Assembly: GCA_965223425.1 (NCBI GenBank) | Contig: OZ245003.1 | Coordinates: forward strand, 2,240,001 to 2,304,000 | Length of the DNA stretch: 64,000 bases | Source of the DNA: Nitrosopumilus sp. | Lineage (GTDB): Archaea > Thermoproteota > Nitrososphaeria > Nitrososphaerales > Nitrosopumilaceae | Direction of reading: 5' to 3' | Part shown: one piece after another, positions 1 through 8,879 of the stretch | How positions within the stretch are numbered: position 1 is the first letter of the stretch | Layout: every line of letters starts with the position of its first letter | Translations under genes and position numbers: made by a program | Notes under the pieces: model-generated | What the model was told of the DNA's origin: nothing | What the model saw: only the letters and a program-made list of their open reading frames with translations | The model's database searches: none

Positions 1-740
1 CATTAGAGGAAGCTGGAAAATTTGCATATGAGAATGCGTTAGACTTTATTGCGCTGGGTTTCAGACCAGAAAAAACAAAAATCATCATCAACACGAAAAA
101 CATTCAAACCTTATACCCAATTGCAGCTCAAGTGGCAAAAAAAATTAATTTTTCAAACACAAAGGCAACATTTGGATTTACAAATGAAACAAATCTTGGT
201 ATGATTTTTTACACATCACTACAGTCAGCACCATGTTTTATTGAAGACAAACCAGTTTTGATTCCATTAGGAGTAGACCAAGATCCCCACTTTAGGTTAA
301 CAAGAGACATTGCACCAAAGATTGGAAAGCCAAAACCAGCACTAATTCACAACATAATGACTCCGGCCTTGGAAGGACCGGGTGGAAAAATGTCAGCTTC
401 GGATGAAAACGGTACGGTATACACAACTGATGCGCCAGATGTAGTAAAAAAGAAAATCAACAAGTATGCATTTTCAGGTGGTCAGCCAGATATTGAAGAG
501 CATAGAAAGCTTGGAGGGAATCCAGACATTGATGTTTCATATCAGTATCTAAGAATATTTTTTGAGCCAGACGACAACAAACTAAGATCAATTTATGATG
601 ATTACAAATCTGGAAAACTACTCTCAGGGGAACTAAAAGCAATTCTAATTGAAAAAATTAACGAGTTCCTTGCAGTTCATCAAGAAAAAAGAGAAAAAGC
701 AAAAAACCAGATAGGACAATTTCTTTTTGAAAATAAATGA
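1..740 (+). CDS. trpS: Tryptophanyl-tRNA synthetase, C-terminal part (starts before window)
   Basis: GVDQDPHFR and KMSAS motifs, class I aaRS C-terminus. Confidence 0.95.
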   Translation, partial: LEEAGKFAYENALDFIALGFRPEKTKIIINTKNIQTLYPIAAQVAKKINFSNTKATFGFTNETNLGMIFYTSLQSAPCFIEDKPVLIPLGVDQDPHFRLTRDIAPKIGKPKPALIHNIMTPALEGPGGKMSASDENGTVYTTDAPDVVKKKINKYAFSGGQPDIEEHRKLGGNPDIDVSYQYLRIFFEPDDNKLRSIYDDYKSGKLLSGELKAILIEKINEFLAVHQEKREKAKNQIGQFLFENK

Positions 741-1018
741 AGATTAGTGTCTCGTGCAATGACAAATATGAAGCTCAGAAACTAGCTAGTTTAATTTTCA
801 TACAGGATGGGAAAGAAACCCACATCACATCAATTCTTAACGTGGTTGAAAATGAATTGGTAATTTCGCTAAAAGACAAATCTGCCCACAGCATTGTACT
901 CAAAGATAAGGAAAATGTTGAAAACTTTGCAGACTTTATCCAATCAGTATTTGATAAGGAACACAGACTAGTTTCCACTAAAATTTCAGAGCATAGCGTA
1001 GAAATTGTGAAGGAGTGA
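737..1018 (+). CDS. Hypothetical protein
   Basis: 93-aa ORF overlapping the trpS stop, host-like codon usage. Confidence 0.7.
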   Translation: MKISVSCNDKYEAQKLASLIFIQDGKETHITSILNVVENELVISLKDKSAHSIVLKDKENVENFADFIQSVFDKEHRLVSTKISEHSVEIVKE

Positions 1019-1020
1019 AT

Positions 1021-1104
1021 CTATAACCCTAAAACAAGATAGAGCAATACAATTCCAACCATAGCAATCATAGATATTCCTAATGCCTTAAAGTCACCAT
1101 TCAT
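1021..1104 (-). CDS. Small single-TM protein (27 aa)
   Basis: Manual translation MNGDFKALGISMIAMVGIVLLYLVLGL*; TATA-like element upstream; below the ORF-track cutoff. Confidence 0.5.
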   Translation of the reverse strand: MNGDFKALGISMIAMVGIVLLYLVLGL

Positions 1105-1168
1105 GATTCGATTTCAAAATTATTATAATTAAAGTGTTAATAAATTCCCAAAGATGATTTTAATGATA

Positions 1169-2106
1169 TCATCGAGGAAAACGTCTATTCTTTTTCTGTT
1201 TAGATTTTGGTTTGTCTTCTCTTGGCTTTGATATGGGTTGTCTGATTTCGTTACAGTTCAAGCATAACACATCAAGTTCTTCCCTAGCAAGTTCCGGTTC
1301 TGAAATATATTTTCCCCAGGAAGATGCTGCCCCTCCACGTCTGATATCATCAAAAGATTCAGTGTCATATTTGTGACTGAATCCTAGGGCTTTTTCATCC
1401 TTGAATCCACAGTTAGAACAAACTTTTCCGCCTAAGATCTCAAATAATTTTTCTTTTAAAGATGCGTAGAATTTTTCTGAGCCATCAGAAAAGAAACTTT
1501 CTCGTTTTTTCAAAAATTTATCATTGGCTGATCTTCTAGGTCTAGAATCGTCTCTACTTGAACGTGAGTTCCTATCATTTCTAGAACTCCTAGAACGTCT
1601 ATCATCTCTGGAGTATCTTGAATCCCTGTCGTTTCTAGAATATCTGTCGTTTCTAGAATATCTGTCGTTTCCTGAATCTGGTTTGTTTTGTCTAAAACAG
1701 TCGCTACAATATACAGGTCTATCAGTTCTTGGAACAAATGGAACTTTGCACTCAGTACCACAGTCAGCACAAGTTACAGCTGCAGATTCTTTCTTCTATC
1801 ATCTCTGGAGTATCTTGAATCCCTGTCGTTTCTAGAATATCTGTCGTTTCTAGAATATCTGTCGTTTCCTGAATCTGGTTTGTTTTGTCTAAAACAGTCG
1901 CTACAATATACAGGTCTATCAGTTCTTGGAACAAATGGAACTTTGCACTCAGTACCACAGTCAGCACAAGTTACAGCTGCAGATTCTTTTCTTCTATCAT
2001 CTCTGGAGTATCTTGAGTTTCTAAAAGAGCGAGATGGCTCATTATCGAGATTGGGGTTTCTTCTGGATTTTTTTCTATCAGAATACTTTGATTTGTAGAA
2101 CTCCAT
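1169..2106 (-). pseudogene. CxxC-x17-CxxC zinc-ribbon repeat protein, frameshifted near 1790
   Basis: CADC-x17-CSDC motif twice; adding one T at about 1790 joins ORF 1774..2106 to ORF 1169..1513 (939 nt). Confidence 0.75.
1598..1992. repeat. 198-bp tandem duplication inside the CxxC gene, with 18-bp RYSRND sub-repeats
   Basis: Units start at 1598, 1795 and 1993; the first unit is 197 bp (one T missing). Confidence 0.9.
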
Positions 2107-2176
2107 TGTACTGAATTCTAAATTTATTGGATATAGATAGTTAGAGGTTTAATTTGTGCCTAAAACAAAAAATTGC

Positions 2177-2515
2177 TCAAACAAGGGATTTATCCATTTC
2201 AACTGACATTATCTCTTGAACTTTGAGAAAATAGAGTTTTGTTGAATATGGCATCTGGTCTAAATTATTATCAACTGCGATCATAAAGTATCTGACTGCG
2301 CGCTTTGAAATGTCCAAATTAAACTTCATTGTAAGTGTAGGATCTTGATGAACCTTGATTTTGTCCTCAAGCCAAGGTGGCGCCATCTCAATTGTCTCCT
2401 TGATAATCTTATCATGCCAAAACGAAAGATTTTCAGGTTGGAGTCCCTGTTTTAGATTTGAGACATCAGTATCAATTACTTTCATCATATGGTTGATGAT
2501 TGCCATCATGCTCAA
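2177..2515 (-). CDS. Hypothetical protein
   Basis: 112-aa ORF with host-like composition. Confidence 0.7.
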   Translation of the reverse strand: MSMMAIINHMMKVIDTDVSNLKQGLQPENLSFWHDKIIKETIEMAPPWLEDKIKVHQDPTLTMKFNLDISKRAVRYFMIAVDNNLDQMPYSTKLYFLKVQEIMSVEMDKSLV

Positions 2516-2561
2516 TTCTAGAATTCTGTTTTATTCCAATCACTCAAAGTTAGACAAGCTG

Positions 2562-3035
2562 TTAGTCAATTGATAACAAGTTTCCCTCTGTGTCAACCTC
2601 AGAGTTTTTGATGCGAGTTGTAGATATTCTTGTGCCGTCTTTGGCCAAAAACATTGGCACTGTTATAACTTTAACAGGAGGCAATTTCTTTTCTGCTCGA
2701 AGTTGGTTTAGAACATCCCCCTGATTACTTGTTTCACCGCTAACTACCAAGGCCTCCACACCTCTCTCCAAAACTGCAGGGCCAAAGTCATTATCTAGTT
2801 TGCTAATTTGAAATGAGGCGTCTGGGAACCCTTTCAAAAGAGTTTCAGTCAGGTTTTCAAGTCGCTTTTCATATTTGTTGGTTGGAATTTTTCCTTTTTT
2901 TGCAGCTAGTTCATCACTAGTTAGTCCAATTATTACTTTATCAGAAACTGCAAACGCGTCTGAAAGCAAAGTAAGATGGCCGCGATGGATGATATCAAAT
3001 GTGCCGCCGGTTGCAACCAGAGAGAATTCAGGCAT
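2562..3035 (-). CDS. coaD: Phosphopantetheine adenylyltransferase
   Basis: GGTFDxxHxGH and ISTTRI nucleotidyltransferase motifs. Confidence 0.9.
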   Translation of the reverse strand: MPEFSLVATGGTFDIIHRGHLTLLSDAFAVSDKVIIGLTSDELAAKKGKIPTNKYEKRLENLTETLLKGFPDASFQISKLDNDFGPAVLERGVEALVVSGETSNQGDVLNQLRAEKKLPPVKVITVPMFLAKDGTRISTTRIKNSEVDTEGNLLSID

Positions 3036-3069
3036 GCATTGTTATAGAATTCTTTGAAAATAAGTCCTA

Positions 3070-4137
3070 CTAGGTTACCAGAATTAAGACAAAGGGACCT
3101 TGTTCTGCTATTGGAATGTTGCTTCTATCCCAGACAAACGTCTCGATGAAGAATAGTCCCTTTTTTTCTGGAATCCAGTCTATGCTTTGAGATTCAGTCC
3201 CCGTTCCAATGAATCGTCCATCAAACTTTCCAAGATATTCAACCTTGGGGGACTGCCCGGACTCTTTGACTTGAACATAGTAGGTATATGCTGTTTCGTT
3301 GGATTTTTGGTCTGCTGCAAACTGTATCCAGATATTGCTTTTCAAGTTTACAGTAGAACCCATTTTAATTTCAGATAATTGCCGTCCCATGTTATCTTCT
3401 ACAGTAACATCAGAAATTGTAGCTAGCTTTGTAAGAATTTGAGAGGGTGGAAGTTCCACATTCACAAAATCAGAATAAAAGATATCAGATTCAGAAAACA
3501 GCAAAAATCCTACGGCTCTGGCATCAATTGGTTCATCAAACTCAAATGATACTTTGGTATCTGGTTGCACATCGCCTAGTTCAATTGTAGATACTCCCAA
3601 GATTCGCGGAGGCTCAAATCCATCATAAAAGGCAAGGTAGACATTGGTATCAAAATTTGGAGCTCCCCCATTTTGTAAAATCCCAGAAAAGTGCAATGAT
3701 GTGTCCAAAGTAACCCCGGTAGAAGATACAGTCAGTCCTTTTTCTTTTGATCCTGAAGAACCAAATCCCAGAATGGATACGGAGGCCTGAGTGATGTCAG
3801 GGTTTGGTGAGGCAGAACGTATTGCAAATGGAGACTGTCCGTTTGGCGGAATTACTTCAAGCGTTGTTCTGCCTTCATTGACTTCAAGTGGGTTAGGATC
3901 AGAGTCACCAAAAAAAATAACTTGAACCCTGACATTAGTTATTGGCGTTAAGGAATCGTTGTTTTTGACTTCGCCGACTACAACAGTATATCCTTCAGAA
4001 TCCTGATAGACAAATGGAAAGTCATTTACCAGAGATGCAGAAAGGGTTGAAACATTGTCTGAATATTCTTGAGAGAATCCCTGTGAAAATGGAATTAACA
4101 ATAAAATCAAAAATCCACTTGAAACGAATTTCTTCAT
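3070..4137 (-). CDS. Secreted Ig-like/beta-rich hypothetical protein
   Basis: Signal peptide MKKFVSSGFLILLL; VVGEVKN motif; acidic beta-rich body. Confidence 0.7.
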   Translation of the reverse strand: MKKFVSSGFLILLLIPFSQGFSQEYSDNVSTLSASLVNDFPFVYQDSEGYTVVVGEVKNNDSLTPITNVRVQVIFFGDSDPNPLEVNEGRTTLEVIPPNGQSPFAIRSASPNPDITQASVSILGFGSSGSKEKGLTVSSTGVTLDTSLHFSGILQNGGAPNFDTNVYLAFYDGFEPPRILGVSTIELGDVQPDTKVSFEFDEPIDARAVGFLLFSESDIFYSDFVNVELPPSQILTKLATISDVTVEDNMGRQLSEIKMGSTVNLKSNIWIQFAADQKSNETAYTYYVQVKESGQSPKVEYLGKFDGRFIGTGTESQSIDWIPEKKGLFFIETFVWDRSNIPIAEQGPFVLILVT

Positions 4138-4269
4138 ATGAATTTCTACGGAATGGCAGGTTAATTTTGTGTAACATACCATATAGTCAACAAGAGAGGT
4201 AACAAGGTTTCACCTATAGCTAGTACTACGTAGGGGATAATAAAAAGAGATTAAAAATAGATGTAAATT

Positions 4270-4371
4270 TTATTTTCTCTTTGCAGTGATTGCTAACCAG
4301 TAAATCAAACCTGGAGCTAAACCAACAATGAGTGGAATCCATACAGGCCATCCGTCTGCTGCGCTTACCAT
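4270..4371 (-). CDS. Small membrane protein (33 aa)
   Basis: Manual translation MVSAADGWPVWIPLIVGLAPGLIYWLAITAKRK*; TTTAAATA box upstream. Confidence 0.6.
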   Translation of the reverse strand: MVSAADGWPVWIPLIVGLAPGLIYWLAITAKRK

Positions 4372-4446
4372 AGAAGAAAACCGAAACTTATCCTATTTAA
4401 ATCCATCCAGCAATTGGAATTTCAACGTAGATCGGATAATTAAAGG

Positions 4447-4520
4447 TGGACCGGACGGAATTTGAATCCGTGACCCCCCGCGTGCAAGGCGGGTATACTA
4501 CCAGGCTATACTACCGGCCC
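4447..4520 (-). tRNA. tRNA-Ala(TGC)
   Basis: Cloverleaf GGGCCGG...CCGGTCCA, anticodon loop CT-TGC-AC. Confidence 0.95.
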
Positions 4521-4602
4521 CCCATGAAGAAGGGACAATGTGTGGATTTTAATTGTTGTCTTCTTGGCAAGGATTTTATTTGAAACCAAGACTGTTTCTC
4601 TC

Positions 4603-5157
4603 ATGGTACTTTTAGAATCTCAAGTTATGCTAAAGCCAGGAGATGCTGCTCCGGGTTTTGAACTGCTTGGAATTGACGGCAAAAAACATTCTCTAAATGA
4701 CTACAGCGAGTCCAAGGGATTTCTAATAATTTTCATGTGCAACCATTGTCCATATGTAAAGGCAAAAGCAGGTGCGCTAAATGAGCTCTATGAAAAATTT
4801 GGAAATGAGATTGCCATCGTAGGAATTAACAGCAACGACTCTACGGATTATCCTGAAGACAGTTTTGATGCAATGAAACAAACAGCAAAAGAGAAAGGGT
4901 TTGGATTTGATTATCTGGTTGATGAGACACAAGAGGTTGCCAGAAAATATGGCGCAATGTGTACTCCAGACCCATTTTTATTCAATGGCCAAAAACAACT
5001 AGTCTTTCATGGAAGAATTGACAATGCCATGAAGCCAGATGATGAAGCTACCGAAAAGACAATGATTAACAACATACAAAAATTACTGTCCGGCAAAAAA
5101 ATTGAAAAAGATTTTGACCCATCAATTGGTTGCTCAATCAAGTGGAAAGAAAATTAG
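4603..5157 (+). CDS. Thioredoxin-fold AhpC/TSA family protein
   Basis: CNHCPY and GCSIKW motifs. Confidence 0.9.
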   Translation: MVLLESQVMLKPGDAAPGFELLGIDGKKHSLNDYSESKGFLIIFMCNHCPYVKAKAGALNELYEKFGNEIAIVGINSNDSTDYPEDSFDAMKQTAKEKGFGFDYLVDETQEVARKYGAMCTPDPFLFNGQKQLVFHGRIDNAMKPDDEATEKTMINNIQKLLSGKKIEKDFDPSIGCSIKWKEN

Positions 5158-5190
5158 ACTTAAATGACTCTGGCCTAGAGAATTGTTCGT

Positions 5191-5265
5191 GGGCTCGTAG
5201 CTCAGCTTGGCTGGAGCGTTCGACTGATAATCGAAAGGTCATGTGTTCGAATCACATCGGGCCCA
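5191..5265 (+). tRNA. tRNA-Ile(GAT)
   Basis: Cloverleaf GGGCTCG...CGGGCCCA, anticodon GAT. Confidence 0.95.
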
Positions 5266-5275
5266 TTTCCGATTA

Positions 5276-6169
5276 TTATTTGATATTTTCAGATATGGTT
5301 TGAGACCACTGTAAGATGTCATCTAGTTTTTCAGATAACAAGTCAGAATCAATTTTGGTTTTTTTAGATACCTTTCCACAAAGTGCCAATTTCATACGTT
5401 TTCCAGATTTTTCTCGGATTGGATTGATCGAGTCTGCAAAAAAGTTCAGCCCCTCACCGGTTTGTGAGAACACAGCTACTACCAAAACCCCTGGTTTTTG
5501 TTTCCAAACTTTTCCAACTAATTTTTGAAAATCAAGATCAAACAAGACATTGATTACAGAAGACATATCCCCCAAATGAAAAACCTTCCAGCCATCAGAA
5601 TGATATGCAGCAGACGCAGCTTCAGAGACGAGCAAACTTTGGGCATCAGATGCAATTACAACTACATTCTTTTTTGGATCAGATACGACCTGAAGCTGAT
5701 TAAAAATTTGAAGAGATTTTGAAATTGTGGTTTTAAGGAGATTTTGCTCAGCTGTTCCAATCTTTCCCTCATCATACAAATCCTGAACAGAGTTGATGGC
5801 AGGCACAACTACTTCCAGTATCAAACGATTGGCTGTAGCCCCCGAATGTATGCAGTTACGAATTAGGGAGTAGACTTGGTCTTGGGTTCCTTTGATCAAG
5901 CCATTAAGATACTGTGACGATATTTTGAAATAGTCATCAGGAAAGTTGTAGGACTCTTGTCCTGGTTCTAAAAACCACAAAGTAATGTTTCCAATATTTT
6001 TTTGTCGTAGCAATCCTTCGGCTGCAAAAACCTTGAGATACTTTGTCATGGTAATCCTGTTGACACCGACTTTTTCAGAAATCTCAACTCCTGACATTCC
6101 TGTCTCAGAACCCTCCAGAGATGAAATCAGTTTTTGCCTAATCTCTTCAGTCGAATAGCCTCGTCCCAT
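5276..6169 (-). CDS. wHTH transcriptional regulator with B12-binding-like domain
   Basis: N-terminal HTH; LYDEGKIGTAEQ resembles the B12-binding_2 cap; Rossmann-like C-terminus. Confidence 0.7.
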   Translation of the reverse strand: MGRGYSTEEIRQKLISSLEGSETGMSGVEISEKVGVNRITMTKYLKVFAAEGLLRQKNIGNITLWFLEPGQESYNFPDDYFKISSQYLNGLIKGTQDQVYSLIRNCIHSGATANRLILEVVVPAINSVQDLYDEGKIGTAEQNLLKTTISKSLQIFNQLQVVSDPKKNVVVIASDAQSLLVSEAASAAYHSDGWKVFHLGDMSSVINVLFDLDFQKLVGKVWKQKPGVLVVAVFSQTGEGLNFFADSINPIREKSGKRMKLALCGKVSKKTKIDSDLLSEKLDDILQWSQTISENIK

Positions 6170-6288
6170 AGTGGTCTTGGACTAGGGTATCGTATAAAGA
6201 CTAATTTTCATTCACACAAACTTGCCTGTTTTTTAAAATAAAACATTATATACTTTGGTACCTTAATGTACGGTAAGGAAAAAGTAAA

Positions 6289-6675
6289 TTGCCAAAAGCC
6301 GGATTCAAATCAATCACCGTCTCAGAGACAGTCTATGATAAATTCAACGAGGTTTATCAAAAGAGTAAAGACGACTTGGCAATGAAGGGCGTCAACAGCT
6401 TTTCAGGTTATGTAACTTACATGTTAGAGGAGATGATGCAAAAGGACAAGACCTTTGCAAGATATGCTCCAAAGATAGAAAAGGTTTCTGTCGATGATGA
6501 CCGCATTATACTAAAAGACAATATCAAAAATAGAATTGCAGAAGTTGCAGTTCAGAAAGGAGAGTTGTTCTGTCAGCTCTGTGATGAGAAAGATTGCGTA
6601 CATGTTGGATTTGTCTGGTCTATACCAGAGGTCTACGAAGTTCTAAACGCTAGAGGAATCAGGCATCCAAAATAG
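6289..6675 (+). CDS. Conserved protein with RHH-like N-terminus and C-terminal Zn site
   Basis: KSITVSETVY strand-helix; CQLC-x4-CVH. Confidence 0.7.
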   Translation: MPKAGFKSITVSETVYDKFNEVYQKSKDDLAMKGVNSFSGYVTYMLEEMMQKDKTFARYAPKIEKVSVDDDRIILKDNIKNRIAEVAVQKGELFCQLCDEKDCVHVGFVWSIPEVYEVLNARGIRHPK

Positions 6676-6682
6676 TTGTGTA

Positions 6683-6802
6683 TGGAGGAGGTGGGATTTG
6701 AACCCACGAACTCCTGAGAGACAGGATCACCCATTATTTGATCTTAAGTCCTGCATGTCCAAAAGCATAGTGCTTACTTTGGCCAGGCTTGATTACTCCT
6801 CC
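6683..6802 (-). tRNA. tRNA-Leu(TAA) with two introns
   Basis: Removing about 6757..6776 (D-arm) and 6728..6742 (37/38) gives an 85-nt cloverleaf with a long variable arm. Confidence 0.85.
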
Positions 6803-6893
6803 AAAATGGTAAAAATGTGTGTGAAATTTAACAGTTTAGAGGGTTTCAGACAAGAATGAAGGATTATAAGGATTTTCTACAGGGGAAGTTTGT

Positions 6894-6967
6894 GCTTCGG
6901 TAGCTCAGCCTGGTAGAGCGTTACCTTGGTAAGGTAAAGGTCGCGGGTCCGGATCCCGCTCGGAGCT
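6894..6967 (+). tRNA. tRNA-Thr(GGT), integration target
   Basis: Cloverleaf GCTTCGG...TCGGAGCT, anticodon GGT. Confidence 0.9.
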
Positions 6968-7172
6968 TCTTAATTTCCATGTCGTCATTATGAAATTCTG
7001 TAAGTGTCTTGTAGAATTCCGTAAGATTTTGACTCTGTTCAATTAGTGGCAGTTCTGATCCTGAAAACTGTAAAAGTTTCTTCTTCTTTATTCCATGTTC
7101 AATTAGGTATTGATAGTTCTTTGAATAATTTCCATTTCCAGATAGGAATTGACGTTCTTTTTTACTAAACAA
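6921..7172 (-). pseudogene. Int(N) fragment of an SSV1-type split integrase
   Basis: ORF reads antisense through the tRNA 3' half (RAGSGPATFTLP); the same frame continues inside attR. Confidence 0.6.
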
Positions 7173-7180
7173 GGTAACAT

Positions 7181-7621
7181 TTATTCCATATTGGGTTCTT
7201 TTACTTGAACTAACATGTTATTTTGTATATTATAGATTGGATCACCATTTGCATCTCTTTTTTTAGTCCTTGAAATATTAGTAAGAGTAGATTTCATTCG
7301 AATTCGTGCTCCATCATCCAACAGGTATTCATTCCATTCCTCATGAACAATTCTGAATTTCATATCTTCTTTGTCTACACTCGCCTGAAGTTCTTTTGGA
7401 GAGTACTTTTTTGGATCAGGTATGCCTTTTAATTTAGGCGGAACTATAATGATTGTTAATGGTATTCCATCCCCACGATAGTTATTTTTTCCATTAACTA
7501 TTGAACGGTGAACAGTTTTTAGAATATATCGAGTTTTCAAAATAGATTGATCACTTAATTCGTATTTATTCCAAGGTTCATCTGCAATTTCGAAATCTAT
7601 AGATTTTTCTTTTGAAGCCAT
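7181..7621 (-). CDS. Hypothetical protein with an internally duplicated domain
   Basis: Two E.WN.Y.L.D...NG...Y repeats. Confidence 0.75.
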   Translation of the reverse strand: MASKEKSIDFEIADEPWNKYELSDQSILKTRYILKTVHRSIVNGKNNYRGDGIPLTIIIVPPKLKGIPDPKKYSPKELQASVDKEDMKFRIVHEEWNEYLLDDGARIRMKSTLTNISRTKKRDANGDPIYNIQNNMLVQVKEPNME

Positions 7622-7623
7622 GA

Positions 7624-7878
7624 TTAGATCTTGAGGGGTTTTACGTGTCTGTTACCTAACGTATCAGTTTTTGTAGGAATCCCATCTGGGTAGAGATTTG
7701 AAACTATGGGTATTTCCATTGTTTTCTGAGCATTTGTGAAAAACTGATTTTGGAACCATTTTATTTCTGCAGATTCCTCTTTTTCAAGTTTTAGCAGAAA
7801 GTTTTTGTTTTCACTAAGAGATTTGCGAAGAGCACTTTTGAATTTGCTTTGAGATGCATAAGTGATTTTGTGTCCCAT
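7624..7878 (-). CDS. Hypothetical protein
   Basis: 84-aa ORF in an operon-like arrangement. Confidence 0.55.
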   Translation of the reverse strand: MGHKITYASQSKFKSALRKSLSENKNFLLKLEKEESAEIKWFQNQFFTNAQKTMEIPIVSNLYPDGIPTKTDTLGNRHVKPLKI

Positions 7879-7899
7879 ATAGAAAATAGATTCTAGTGA

Positions 7900-8289
7900 T
7901 TATTTAATATATTGAGCTATTTCTACTCGCACAGACTCGATAGGGTATAGTCCTCTAGCAATGGCACTAGATATAACGTGTTTTTCATCCTCACTTGCAG
8001 TTAAAGTAAATCCGTTTAATTTGAGAAAGACATCTGCTGTAGTGAATCCAGTTCGTTTATTTCCATTAACAAAATATTGGTTACTAGCTAATTGATACCA
8101 CAAATAAGCGGCCTTGCCTATAATTGCATCTTTTATCGGAAGATCTTCATATTCATAAGATACACCATAAACTGCAAAATCAACTCCACCCTCATAAAGA
8201 AATCCTCTTTCAGATGCAGGTAACAAAGTATCATTGATTTCTTTAACATCGTCTTTAGTCAGATAAGCAATACTAATTTTTGTGGCCAT
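7900..8289 (-). CDS. Fic/Doc family protein
   Basis: KAAYLW...NQYFVNGNKRTG Fic motif with His replaced by Gln. Confidence 0.85.
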   Translation of the reverse strand: MATKISIAYLTKDDVKEINDTLLPASERGFLYEGGVDFAVYGVSYEYEDLPIKDAIIGKAAYLWYQLASNQYFVNGNKRTGFTTADVFLKLNGFTLTASEDEKHVISSAIARGLYPIESVRVEIAQYIK

Positions 8290-8291
8290 GT

Positions 8292-8552
8292 TTATGAGAT
8301 CCTATCCAACCATTTATCTACAAAGTTTTTTGTATCAATCTTCCCAGATTCACTCCGATCATCAATGAATTTTTTTTTTTTGTCATATCTACAACCCAGA
8401 TATTTCAAGATTGATTTAAGAACTATTTTCTCATAATCAAATGTAGGACTAGAAATTAGCTTAATCCCAGATGCAAAAACAGCACTTCTAAAGCAATCAT
8501 TCATGCCAAATTCTTTCAGAAAAGGTTTGATATGCTCAATTGTCTTATTCAA
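8292..8552 (-). CDS. Hypothetical protein, possible antitoxin
   Basis: Small ORF 2 nt upstream of the Doc-like gene. Confidence 0.45.
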   Translation of the reverse strand: MNKTIEHIKPFLKEFGMNDCFRSAVFASGIKLISSPTFDYEKIVLKSILKYLGCRYDKKKKFIDDRSESGKIDTKNFVDKWLDRIS

Positions 8553-8879
8553 AATACTCTCATAGAATGATTTTATTTTAATTTCATGTTGGCATCTGTC
8601 AATCTATGAAATTCTGTAGATTTTGTAGAAATTACATAAATCCTCTATGAGTAAAGAAAATATCTGAAAAAGGTGTGTTCTGTCTGCCTGCCAATATTTC
8701 CCTGTGCATCATAAAAACCAACTTTAAGTTTTTTATTTTCCAGATCAGTGAGATCTTCAAACAGTAGACTTTTTGTAATTATTTTGGAGGTGTAGATTAT
8801 GGCGATTCCAGAAATCGTCATTCAGTATCTGAGGGTTTGGTAAGGTAAAGGTCGCAGGTCCGGATCCCGCTCGAAGCTT

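Noticed and set aside
1510-2098. Repetitive ORFs (LEYLSF..., TTDILE...) in other frames
   Set aside because: Frame shadows of the 18-bp and 198-bp repeats of the CxxC gene.
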